Assembly (NCBI GenBank): GCA_963514005.1 | Contig: OY740799.1 | Location: 29,698,001 to 29,762,000, forward strand | Direction: 5' to 3' | From: Raja brachyura | Lineage: Eukaryota | DNA length: 64,000 nt | In this document: piece by piece, positions 39,100-51,574 of the stretch | How the letters are laid out: each line of letters starts with the position of its first letter | Position numbering within the stretch: the first letter of the stretch is position 1 | Position numbers and translations under genes: made by a program | The notes under the pieces: generated by a model | What the model was told of the DNA's origin: nothing | Database searches by the model: none | The model's input: only the letters and a program-made list of their open reading frames with translations

Positions 39100-40250
39100 T
39101 TGTCAAAGCAAAGTTGTGTTAATGTTTGTTTGTAAGATGGTTAAGGTTGGAGAGGCAAGTGCAGCAGGTATGTGTATATAAACATCCAAAGGCTTTTGGC
39201 AAATGACCACATAATAGGTGTTCAAACCAATAGGATTAAAAAATTTAAAGGGAAAATACAATGTACACATAAAATTGGTTTCAGGACTGAAAGCAGAGAA
39301 TGATGATGAATGCTTAGTGATACTCCCTCAAGATTGTTAGAAGGACCACTGTACATATTAGTGTACATTTAAGACATAAAAGTCAGAAATGTGGTTAAAA
39401 TCCTGTGATGAGATGGTGCTAGATGTGTGTGTATATATAATATATACATCTGCCATCTACATATATATATATAAATGTAGATGGCAGACAAATATAAAAT
39501 AAGGTATTTGAATAGGAGGAATGAAGACAATCAAATTAAATGGAACAGATTTATAGAGTGTATCTGTACAGAAGGACCTGGAGGTGGGGAGGGGGTGAAT
39601 GAAGATATATATTTGAAGATGACATAATAAGTTGGGAATGTTGTTAAAAGGATTACAGGATCCTTGATTATATAAACAAAGGCATAGAGTGCAACAGGAA
39701 ACAAATTATATGGAACCTTTGTAAAAAAACTAGGTGTCAGCTTGAGAATATTTTGAATTCTGAGCACCTCACTTCTTAGAGGTATGGCTAGGGCTTAATA
39801 GAGGTGCTGAAGACATTTCCTAGAATAGAACCATGGACCAGGCACTTAATTCTCATGGAAACCCTGGAGAAACTGGAATTCTTCTTAGAAAAGTAAATGG
39901 TAATAGGAAAGTATTGAAGAGGTGTCTAAAATCAAGAACAGTTTTCCATGAGTAAATAATAAAAAGCTGTCTCCCATGAGAGAAGAGCCAGTAATCAAAA
40001 GAGACAGATTTAAGATAATTGGCTGAGATGGCAAGAGGATTTGTTTTTGCAGTGAGTTGTCATGGTCCTGAACACACTGCCTCAGGCACTGATTCACTTG
40101 TAACTTAAAAAAGGAATTTGATTAATATTTGAAGGGAAAATATTTATGATTATTTGGAAAGAGTAGGGAGCGGTATGTAATTAGATTGTTCTACTGAAGT
40201 GCCAACATGGTGATCCAAATAATCACCCTCTGTGTTGTACGGCTGTACAA
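39100..40250 (+). mobile_element. Ancient degenerate CR1 LINE
   Basis: Residual CR1-like segments in the expected order, for example gcaagtgcagcaggtatgtgtatataaac and ggtcctgaacacactgcct. Confidence 0.5.
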
Positions 40251-40399
40251 ATAGTTGTTAAGATGTGACACCAATAACCCACAACTGTCTTGCTTGTCAT
40301 TGTACTTGTCGTTGTTGACCCACACTGGTCCCTGGTACTAAATACATATAATATGAAACTATTTCATGACTGTAAATCTTTTTAACCATATCTTCATCG

Positions 40400-41735
40400 C
40401 CAAGTTTAACCCGACAAACATCTCCTCAAACATTTGAACACAAACTTGATCAAGTTTTTTTCGAGGTGGTGAGGAAAGCGATCAATTAGGGTAGGGCACT
40501 GGATGATGTCTACATGGATAAAGTCCTGCATGGTAGGCTGATCCAGAAAATTAAGATACATGGGTTTCACTGTGATTTGGTCATATGGATTCATAATGGC
40601 CTTATGGATTCGGTCATACTTGTAGAAGACAGTGGGTTGTGATGGACGGACGTTATTCCGGCTGCAGTCTGTGACCAGTAGATTTCTGTGACCAGTGGAG
40701 TCCCTAAGGGGTCTGTGTTGGGGCCCCTGTTGTTTGCGATATGTATATAAATGACTTGGACAGAAATGTAGATGAGTTAGTTAGTGAGTTTGCAGATTAC
40801 ACCAAAATTGCTGGTGTTGCGGACAGTGAGGAAATATCCTGCAGGATATAAATCAACTAATGAAAATGGTGGAGAAATTACAGATGGAAATTAAGTGTGA
40901 GGTGTCGTACTTTGGGAGGTTGATTGTAAGGGGAGGTATACTGTATGGTTGATGGCAAGACCCTTAACAACATTTTGTGTCGAGGGATCTTGGAGTCCAG
41001 GTCCATTGCTCCCTGAAAGTGGCAACACAAGTAGATAAAATGGTAAAAAATGGACATGGTATGCTTGCCATCATTGGTTAGGGCATTGAGTATAATTGTC
41101 AGGAAGTCACCATGCAGCTCTGTAAGACTGGTTAGGCTGCATTTGGAGTGTGAATAAACTAAACTATTGCATACAGTTGTGGTCTCCCCATTACAGGAAG
41201 GATGTGGAGGCTTTGGACGGGGTACAGAAAAGGTTTACCAGAATGCTGCTGGGATTAGGTTGCATTAGCTACATGAAGAGGTTGGACAAACTTGGATTCT
41301 TTTTCCTGAAATGCCAAAGGTTGAGTGGAGGCCTGGTATGAGTAAATAAAATAATGAGAGGTATAGATCGTGTGGAAAACAGAACTTTTTTTCCCAGGAT
41401 TGAAATATCAAAGAGTAGAGGGCATAGGTTTAAGGTGAGAGAGGCAAAGTTTAAAGGAGATGTGCAGGACAAGGTTTTTACAGAAGAGAAGGTTGGTCCC
41501 TGGAATGCGCTGTCACAACTGGTGGGGAAGGCAGGCACGACAGTGGTGTTTAAGACGTTTTAAGTTACCACATGGATACGGTATCCATGGTACAGTATCA
41601 CATGGTCCAGTACTACATGCAGAGAATGGAAGGATATGGATTATGTACAGGCAGATACAATTAGTGTACCTTGGCATCATGTTTGCCACAGATATTGTGG
41701 GCCAAAGGGCCTGTTCCTGTGCTGTACTTTTCTCT
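40400..41735 (+). mobile_element. Degenerate CR1 LINE (RT to 3' UTR)
   Basis: SGVPKGSVLGPLLF, FAD-TKI, YCIQLWSPHYRKDVEALDGVQKRFTRML, MRGIDRV...SRGHRFKVR. Confidence 0.92.
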
Positions 41736-42539
41736 ATATCTTAGGATTTTAAACTGGCTTATAGTGCATTTCAGTCTACCTTCCCACACATCATTGCTTT
41801 TTCGCCAGTTTAAATTGACTGCCTCACTAAACCTCTCATACCTTCCACCACCCTTTAATTTCTCAAAAAGTTGTACTTACCCTTCCAAATAGCACTGTCA
41901 CTCAGTTGGTATTGATTATTTTCCTATAACACCTGCAAGAAGTGCCAGTGAATGGTTTTGTGCTTCAAAGGTGTAATGCGAAATGCAATTAATTGTAATT
42001 ATGTGGCAAAGATGACTCTTCATAACGCTGTTATATTACCTTTCACGGCATCGGGAAAATCTTCTTGTTTGTCATAGTTGTTACAGCCCCTTCATTTACC
42101 TGCTCGCCCTAAAATAAAATAATATCCCATTATCGATGAAATATAATGAGGGAATCCAGGAAGATTTATAAGATCAGCTTGATATGTAGTTTGTGCTATG
42201 GAAAGGCAATGTGATATAATAGTTAAAACAGAGGGCTTCAACAGCTACAGATACAACTCTCCTCTCTGGTACTGAAAATGCATTTGTGATTACAGTTTTA
42301 GATTGAATTACCTGTTAGAATTCTTTTGGTGTAACTGAATGTGTTTTCTCATGTTAAATCCATAAAAACATTTGCATATGTTTGTCACTTTTTAAGTTCT
42401 TTGGGAATGTAATAAACTGTAATACTGGGTGAATATGATGTTGAGGCTTGCTATTTCAGTGATCCATGTAGGAGGAAGCAGCAGAATTTGCCATAAGCAG
42501 ACAAAATAATTTTATACAGTTCTCTTTCCTTCATTTGTT

Positions 42540-42847
42540 TTAACTGAACTCATCATTCAAGGTTGGCGTATATCTGTGTGTGTAGGAGGAAACAGCATCA
42601 GCATCTGCATCAGCAGCACATTTACAGATAGCAGACAAAGAAATCTAGGTTTCTGATGGCCTTTATAGAGACTGTGAGGTGTTGCCTGGGCTGGGCAATG
42701 AACAGGAGAAGGGGGGGAGCATGAAGCATGGTACAGCATACTGATGAGTGTGGGAGTACTTGATAAAAAGAATCCTAGCTGCTGGCAGAGCAGTGCTTAC
42801 TGTGGAGAACTGCGACATTCACACGTTCGGGGACGAGTCTGCTCTTA

Positions 42848-42887
<40 letters not shown>

Positions 42888-43106
42888 TCATGTGTTCTTT
42901 AGACAGAGAGAGCACTATATATATTTATAGAGGGAGAGACACCTTGGCATGCTGGAACCACGTCTTGTTCTGATACCTGCTGGCTGTGAGAAGCATTCCA
43001 GCATTTAGTCAAGCTACGGAGAATAACATTGACAATACCAGAGTTGTGCACCATAAAAGCTGTCAAGCTGGCGGGCTCATTCGACAGTCATGTTCCGAGA
43101 AATGCG
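42540..43106 (+). promoter_or_regulatory. Putative internal promoter and 5' UTR of the short ANKS1B isoform
   Basis: Transposon-free region directly upstream of the alternative ATG. It has a (CT)n tract at 42852-42889 and a TATA-like ctatatatatttatag at 42915-42930. Position-based inference. Confidence 0.5.
42852..42889 (+). repeat. (CT)n microsatellite
   Basis: About 15 perfect CT units read directly. Confidence 0.95.
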
Positions 43107-43307
43107 ATGTGGCAATGCCACCTCTCAACCTCAGAATGCCCCTATTATCGGATTGATGGTATGTCACTGCTGAAGCGGCTTCCCCTTCAACCTCTTACAG
43201 GACCCAGAGTTGTATTTCAGACTGTGGGACGGTGGCTGGAGAGCATAGGACTACCCCAGTATGAGAACCACCTGCTGGCAAATGGATTTGACAACATCCA
43301 GTTCATG
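43107..43307 (+). CDS. ANKS1B: Alternative first coding exon of a short AIDA-1-type isoform (MWQCHLSTSECPYYRIDGMSLLKRLPLQPLT-GPR...)
   Basis: ATG at 43107 (gcgATG, purine at -3) is in frame with the SAM exon. The 31 extra codons resemble the recalled mammalian short-isoform N-terminus MMWQCHLSAQDYRYYPVDGYSLLKRFPLHPLTGPR. Confidence 0.8.
43201..43307 (+). CDS. ANKS1B: ANKS1B exon encoding the N-terminal half of SAM domain 1 (GPRVVFQTVGRWLESIGLPQYENHLLANGFDNIQFM), phase 1 to 0
   Basis: Acceptor cttccccttcaacctcttacag and donor ATG/gtaagc; 107 nt. SAM signature WLESIGLPQY..L..NGFD is nearly identical to recalled human ANKS1B SAM1. Confidence 0.95.
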
Positions 43308-46300
43308 GTAAGCTACCTTCTGATTTAATTTTGCACGTGTACTGTTGATGTTTTCTCTAAACTGTGCTACTTCTTATCACCCTCCCCTCCTCATCACCCC
43401 CCCCCCCTTTCTTCTTTTGTCTGTCCAACTATGTTATGACCTGCATCTGTTGTCCTGTTGCCTCAGCAACTGCGGTCCTGGGTGGACCATTGAAATGAAT
43501 ATTGTAAAGCTCTGAGATACCTTTCAGGAAGGATGGAAGGAAGCATTAGTCTAACTATAGTTAACCCTGAGAATTTAGCCGTTTCTATTGCAAAGTGAGT
43601 GATAATGCCTTTGATTGAGATATAAAATATTTGGTTGGGACTTGAGATGTTTTTGTATATGTGAGTGAGTGCTGGCACTGTGACCATCCATTAGTTTTTA
43701 TTCTTTATTCTTTCTTAAAAATGCTCTATTTTGTAATATATATGTGCCTGCCATAATTAAAGTCCTCCTAACTGGTATGGAAGAGATGAAAATTAAAAGT
43801 TTTCTTGCCTGTACCTAACTTAAGAACACATTTGTATGAAAACTGTACATAACAAGATGTTCAATGCCCCAAAATTTTACATTTTAAAGATTGCTGCAAT
43901 ATTTTGAAATTAGATTCATGATTCTCTGCAAAACTCTGTTTACATATAATCAAATTTTGAAGACTAAAAACCGGAATTTAATCATTAAAACACTATAATG
44001 AGGACAGTGTAGAAGTTACCTGTCGAGTTATAGAGAGACACCTCTGTCTAAGTGCTTGCAAAGGGACAGTAACTTCTCTTCCTGTTTCATAGAAGTCATT
44101 GCTGAAATTTATTTTCACTGTATACGGCTCACAGAAATATGTGATGATTTCAGCTAGAGAGAAAAGCAATTATTGTAGTTACTAGGAGACCTGCTATAAT
44201 TAGCTATTTCTCGCAGAGAGTGTCAATCATTGGAAGAATGCTTACATTATACTCTTTCCATCCATGCCACACTATAACCAGGATTGATTTTTAAAATGAA
44301 TGTAGATAGATTGGATTGATACAGAATTAAATGTTGGTTTTCATATTCATTTTAATTGATGAGCCAGAATGAGAATTCTACAGTATAATTATATAATTAC
44401 AGAGCAAGGGCATATGTTGCTGGTTCTCATAGAATGGCAGTTTATTTTTGTCAAGTGTCTACTTGGTGATATGGTAAATGTAAAATAGAATTTCTGGTGT
44501 TGTTACGAAGGCTTTAAAATCACACGTCAGGCCAGTGAAACACAGCTCCCATTCCTCAACAGTCATTACCTTGATGTAGCCAGAGGATTGAGTTAATTAT
44601 ATGTAGGGATGAACCAATAATGTATTACGTTGATTTTGTATTATGTGGTTAAAATGCTGTAAGTAAATTGATGAGATTTCTGAAAATATGTTGCACATCA
44701 ACAAAATATAATTGATTTTCAATAGCCACCCTGGCTGTTGATAACAATAATATTTGCCAATATTTCCATCATTTTAGTAATTAATATATTAAAATGACAC
44801 AAGAATGTTTCAAACTGAAATGAACAGATTTGTCTCCATAAAGCAAATGATGTTACCCACACACATTTGAATTGAATTTCCTTAATGGATTGTTTTAAAC
44901 AATATGATAATTATGATTAATTCAGTAGCAAATCTGAAAACTCTTCAACTATAGGGGAATGGAATTATTCAGAATTATTTTATGAAGAATATCAAGAATT
45001 CTTACTCTAATGATCTGATTTTCCGATATATTAACATGCAGTTATATCGTAGGCAATAAACATGGGAAATAATTAATAAAATCATTGAATTGAAATAAGT
45101 GGAAACAAATCCCTTATCTTGTCATCATTCTTGTGCTTGTTAACTTAATTACATTCTGAATAAAAGATCATCAGGATTACACCAGCATTAACCATACCTT
45201 CAGATTGATTTAGAAAAAAATATTTTTATTTAATTCCACTTTGCTGCTTGGTGTGAACACTGTTTCTGATGATCTGTGTTCAACCCACCCACATGCATCA
45301 TTATCTTACATCAATATATTGCAGGTAAGATAGTTTCATGGAGATAAATACTGACAATTCACCCTTTGTCACACATAAAGCCATCTGGTTCACACTGAAA
45401 AAGTTTATCTTGCAGCCCTGTTATTATCTCTTGGAAATGTCTCTAAGTGGACATTAATTTGCATTATAGACTATTTATTTTCCACAGATTGGGGCATTGG
45501 GGGCTATCTCCATGCCTTTGGAATCCCAATGGTAAGATAGATTTATTTCCAAATTCTGTGAGGGGAAAAAAACTTTTCTCATATTAGCTACTGTTGGACC
45601 TGATGTATGTTTCTGACCCTTGTGTTTTTACTCTACATTTGGTAGTACAACCAATTCTAAGTTTGTTATTTATTTTATATCCTTATGTAATCAACAGAAA
45701 TAAGATTGTCAACACTAAACTGAGAGATTTATTATTACTTGTATCTTTAATTGTTGGGTTCATCAGGAAATATATCTTTCTGCACTTAATTTTTAATTTG
45801 TATTATTTCCACAATTAAATAATTGACTTACCTTAATGCTTTTTATTAATCCATTTATATATTAAAAGACCTTGGATCAACTGAGTAATATTGCATACCA
45901 CAGCTACTGACCGCACAACCCTAGATTAGATTAAGAAAAGAATTATAGGCCAGAGAGAACATTGCCTCAAGTCAAATTTTCGAAATGAATATTTTTATTT
46001 GCTGTGCTATGTTAAAGGTAAGCAGGCCATTTACGTTATAATGAAACGTAGACATGTTTAAGTGAATGTTGATGTCAGCTTAAAGATTATGTGGTTCAGA
46101 ATTTATTGAATGGCAATTTGTATGCTAGAAAACAACACCCATGTGTGAGACAGCAGCACCTGTTCAGTGCTTCCCCCATCACCATTGACTCTGAAAGAAA
46201 TTAAATACAATTTAAAGAACTGAAGATAAAGCTAATCAGTTGATCTAGAATTATTCAAGAGCAAAAGCCGAATTCAGCATATTATTTATTTTTGCTGTTT

Positions 46301-47276
46301 TCGTCTTTATTCAATATTTTCACTTGGGGAAATCAGAGGACAAGGAATGTTTCGGATAAATAGTGTGCTGGGATTTTTAAGTGATTTTTAAATTCTTCAT
46401 CATTCTTCAAACTACTTTGAATGCTTTCACTCTTCTTGTTTAAGCTTTTCTTTTCTTCATGAGCACGTCACTAAACTGTCTTTATTCACTTTTTCTCTTG
46501 CATACTCCAAAATTGCTAGCTTATTCTGTGACAACAAAAATCTGTCTGCCATCAACTGTAAAAAGTAGTCGAGGTTGTTTTCCATCAGCTCCATATGGTC
46601 CCAGTCCTGTATGTAATATGAATAAATGAAGTGATTATTGTCAGGTCAAAGTGTGCAACAGATTTTAGGAAGTCTGTTCTCACTTCAGATTGCTTCCTGA
46701 CCCAAAGATAGAGCACAAGCTACCAGTTAATGGAGCCGTTCATTCTGGACCCAGGTGATCAGTTCAGCAGCTTTCTTCATTGCATCTGTTAAGTGCATGT
46801 GGAGATTTACGGGGTGTAATGGAATTCTGATTTAAGGTCACCTGTCTAATACAAGAGTGCATTCATTATTGGCACTGAAGAGACTAGTTGCAAGAGACAA
46901 TCCCTGCAGACCTACTGAGAGAACCCATCAATACGCTGACAATAATATCTTTCATGTCTCATTATCCATGATAGAGCTACAGTAAATATTGGAAGAATTG
47001 GTGCTTCCTTGTAGAATATTAAAATCGATAATATTTAGAAACGGAAGAATAAATGGCTGTGGGTCTTCAGATTGAGCTCGAGTCAAACTGTTAAGTTTCT
47101 TAAGTTGCTTCACTGGTGGGGTCACATGTTCTTTCAGCCCTGTATTTTTCTATTTCTGTTTGCTGAAGCATTCTAGAGGGGAGAAAGAGCCCTCTGCAGT
47201 TTTGTTTGTCATTCAGCATGTATTGTACTAGGCACACTAAAATGATTAGCACTAGAGTGATAATGAGTACTCCACT

Positions 47277-47545
47277 GTAGTGGTTATGCTCCTGGACTAT
47301 CAATCCAGAAACCTGGACTAATGATCTAATGACATTTACTACAAATCACAGCATGTCAGGAGGGAATTTAAATTAAGGTAATTATACAAAACTAGAATAA
47401 AAAACTAATTTCAGAAATAGTAACCATGCACTCACCAGATGGATACAAAATTCCATCTGGTACTTTCATGCCCGTCATTCCATCCTTCTGAGTTTGAATG
47501 TGATTCCAGACCCACAATAGTGTGATTGATTCATTGTTACTCTCA
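47277..47545 (+). mobile_element. Ancient tRNA-headed elasmobranch SINE-like repeat
   Basis: gtagtggttatgctcctggactatcaatccaga...ccatctggt...tgtgattccagacccaca resembles a common shark interspersed repeat (recalled). Confidence 0.5.
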
Positions 47546-48719
47546 ATTATAGGAACTGTCTTTACGGACTACAGTAGGCAATGCAATAGACAGATCAGTA
47601 TCAACTCAACATCATTTTCAATGTAGGCAACATGATACCTGCTCCATCATATGTGTCCTGTTCTTCTCAGTAACATTTGTACTCTGTGCCTGCATTAAAA
47701 GAGTGTCTCAGAGACCAGTAAAACAGTTTCACGCAGTCATATCCATAGAATTATATATTTTGCTCAAGATCTTGGTCTGATCCATCAATATCCTTGGGTT
47801 CATCAGGACCACCAGCAAAAGAGATCTGCTGGTTAGTATACATTCAGGGCAAAGTAGTCCTAAGAGTCTAAAACAATAACTCATGAATCAATGATAGAAC
47901 AACAGTAAATATGAATCATTGTTCGGTGTCTGATCAAAACTGGGCAAGAATGCTACATATCCACCAGGTCGAACATTACCTAATAGAAGCATAAATGTTA
48001 ACAGCAGAGTGGAATTCCAAGGTGAGACAAGAGTAATTGCTCTTGAGATTGACATGGTATTTGATGCAGAATATCATTTAAAAGCCCTGATAAAACTGGA
48101 ACCGATTAGAAGGGGAGAGCTCACTACTGGTTTTAATCATAACTAGCTCAAAGAAGATGGTATGAGATCTCTATCATGTTACAAGAGAGATCTGCTGAAG
48201 TTAGTATACATTCAGGACAATGTAGCCCTCGGAGTCTACAACAATAACTCAAGAATTCTCATGGTTTCTGAACAAGAATACTACATATCCACCAGGTCGA
48301 ACACCACGTGATCGATGCACTGAGAAGATCACCTCCAAGTCAGTAGGAGTTACCGGATAGCACCACACCCGACAAAACATGAATGCCTGAGGACATAGCA
48401 GATTGATCAGGCCTGTGACATTTGGTGATCCATCTCATCTCTTTCTGTGCTTCCCATCATCGGAGAAGTCACTCTTCAGCCAATTCAGTTCATGTCTCCT
48501 GACATTAAGCAGCAGCTGAGTATACCAGATAGAGCAAAGGAAATGGGCCATGACAAAATCCCAGCTCTAATGCCAGAGGATGGTGTTCCAGAATTGGCAA
48601 GACTCTAGCTAAGCTATCACAGTACAGCTATGGCTCAGCAACCAGAAAAGAACGTGAACATTTGACATTTTCTTCTACCTCCTAGCAAAGCAACACCAGC
48701 AAAGTAATGGAAGGACTTC

Positions 48720-48955
48720 AGACTTTAGAGATACAGCATGGAAACTGGCTCTTCAGCCACCGAGTCTGCACCAGCCAGCAATCACTCTGTACACTTACAC
48801 TATCCTACAAACTACGGACAATTTTCCATTTTTTCCAAAGCCAATTAACCTACAAACCTGTACATCTTTGGAGTGTGGGAAGAAACCAGAGCACCCCGAG
48901 AAAACTCATGCTGTCCCAGGGAGACCATATAAACTCCGTACAGACAGCACTCATA
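48720..48955 (-). mobile_element. HE1-like V-SINE, 5'-truncated
   Basis: Shares ccaaagccaattaacctacaaacctgtac.tctttgg.gtgtggga.gaaacc with 6285-6625. Confidence 0.82.
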
Positions 48956-50468
48956 GTCTATGAAATACATCCAATTTTTAAAGTCCTCTAGTCTAAAGTC
49001 TAGTTGAGATTATTGTCATATGCACAGATATGTTGAGATACAGGTGCAAAGAAAACCTTGCTTGCAGTAGTATCACAAGCATATAGTACGTAATCCAGCA
49101 CTACAAGCTAGAAACACTTATATTATAATTTCAACTAATTAATTTCACTTGTTACATATTGTTTCTAAAACAGCAACTTTTATTTTTTGCATGCAGGTCA
49201 GATGAGTACCTGATTTGGTTGAAATTTGGTTTATCTGGATTACCTGCAAATAATGCTACCTAGTTGTATTTACTTACCAGTGTAGGTATTTTGGTTAATT
49301 TGTGCCAGCATGACCCAGTAGAAGTGTTCCTTCAGCTTTGATGCAAATGTTAACAGCAGAGTGGAATTCTAAAGGTGAGACAAGAGTAATTGCCCTTTAG
49401 ATAGGCACAGCATTTGATACAGAATCTTTAATCATAACTAGCCCAGTTGAGATTGTTTTCTGCTCTATTATATTACAACAGCATATGCCCAACAATCTTC
49501 CTTTTTAATAAGGTCGGAAATGAGAATGATCAATGGTGATCACCAGGTGTTCAGGTCAGTTTGTAGATCTCTAGCTCACGATGGAGTCCGCCCACCCCTA
49601 CAGCAAGATCTTGACAAAATTCAAGCAGCTTCATGAATGACCGACAGTCGTGCCACAAAAGTGCCAGTCAGTAACAAAGTTTGAAGAGTTTCAACTAACC
49701 TTCATTTCAACAATGCTACCATTTCTAAAACCTTTACTATTAACATCCGGATTGATCACTAGGACCTGATTCATTTGTCAGCAAGAGCAAATTAGAGACT
49801 TGATATCCTCAGGTGAGGGCCATGAATTGCACTCTCTCATCTATGCTGCAAGGAATTCCCGGAATTCCCTACTCTGAGATAATGCACTGTACAAGTGTGT
49901 TCGCCACATGGACTGCACTATATAATTCACAAAGTTCTCAAAGCCGTTTAGGAATGGGCAGTACATTCTCCTTTTGCCTCATACAAATATTCAAAGAAAA
50001 CAGATCTTAGCAAGCCCTTCCTCGTGACGAGAGACTTCAATGTTGCAATGATGCGGAATGCTGAAGTCAGTATTGTTAGAATACTGAAGTTCAATTGTGC
50101 CAGAGGGAGCAAAACATTAATGGCAGCAGATTTCTATAAGTGCCGAAACGGGCAATGCTGCCATTATCTTTCTGAACAGATAAGAATATTTGTGAATTAA
50201 AGAAAATAAATCCTGCCATTATATATCATTTTGGGCAGCTTCAATCTCTATGGTAATATCATGGATTTTTTTTCCTCCTTATAATTTAAGTTGTATCCTT
50301 TATTTCAATGCCCGATACCCTCCTTTACACTCACCTCTTTAACTAAACAGTTAACAATGACCATAATACTCCATTTATTCAAACTTGGTGCTCTATAAGA
50401 AATGTTGGCACATTTGTCATGAGAGTTCCTGCTTGTGGCAAGCAAATATGAATGGAATTCATAGTACA

Positions 50469-50888
50469 CTAGACCAAGTGGGACCCATTGGGTCCCTGTC
50501 ACATGGGAGACCTGGTCCTCCTACGCAACCCGTTCCCAAACACAATATTCCACCACTTACCTGTTCCCCCAACGCAAGCGGTTCGCTCAATGCAATATTC
50601 AAACACTCACCCATAGCCTCCAAAGGAGGCCTGGTCCCCCAACGTAACCCGTTCCCCAATGCAATATTCCACCACTCACCCTTTCCCCATATTCCAGCAC
50701 TCACCCATAGCCCCCAACTGTCCATCTCCTGCTTAGAACCATTGCAGGACAATGGTGAGTAAGGTGGTGCAAAAATGTTAGCGCTATCGTGTACCGTTTT
50801 GGCGTCAGTCCCAGATCACGTGGGCATACAGAGATAGATATATAGAACTAAACAAACAAACAAGATGAGAGTTTTAGTAATGTATAGA
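50469..50888 (-). mobile_element. Non-autonomous Helitron, complete, 420 bp
   Basis: Minus strand begins A|TCTATACATTACTAAAACTC, has a subterminal hairpin GGGACCC-aat-GGGTCCC (50480-50496) and ends CTAG|T. Inserted at an AT site with no TSD. Confidence 0.85.
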
Positions 50889-51574
50889 TGTAATGAATCC
50901 CACAGGTGGCATATAGTACATGTAATGTATCCTACAAAGAGACAGAGATTGCAGATCAAATACCATAATTCAATTTTTGCTCAATGCCAGCTGGTGGAAT
51001 TCCCAAATCAATGTTGTAATGGGCTACCTTCCCACATAGATTTCAATGGGGAAACAAACATTTATTTGTTTATTTACAGTGAACCAAAAATTTTAATTTT
51101 AAGCATTAAGCTGTTAAATATAATACTTAGAACCTGGACTTGTAATTTACTTAATGTACTCCTAATTATTTTAAATATGCTTGGCAATTTGCCAGTTGTT
51201 ATCATGATTGGGATCAATATGGAGAAAACTGCAAAAATCCTGGAGCGTTGCTTCATATTTGAAACTGTTCAATGTACAGTTTTTATGTTTTATGGCATCA
51301 TTAGATTTGGTTGATTTAACTATTGGCTTGAAACCAACTTCCAACCACTCGTATCCATTTGCAACACATATTGAGAAGGCTTATGCCAAATATAAGGGTT
51401 TTCAACCATATCAGTTGTTCATCTGACCTGCAGGCAAAAAACAAAAGCTGCTGTTATAAAAACAATATGTAACAAGTGGAATTACTATATAAGTGTTTCT
51501 CCTTTGTACTGGTGGATTGTGTACTATCCTGACTAACAAATCCATCCAATTTCTAAAGGGATTCTAGTCAATAG

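Noticed and set aside
33423-43307. Assignment to ANKS1A (Odin)
   Set aside because: ERTPSFT.EWEEIDKIMSSI, LPQYENHL.ANGFDN and the MWQCHLS alternative start fit ANKS1B better than ANKS1A as recalled.
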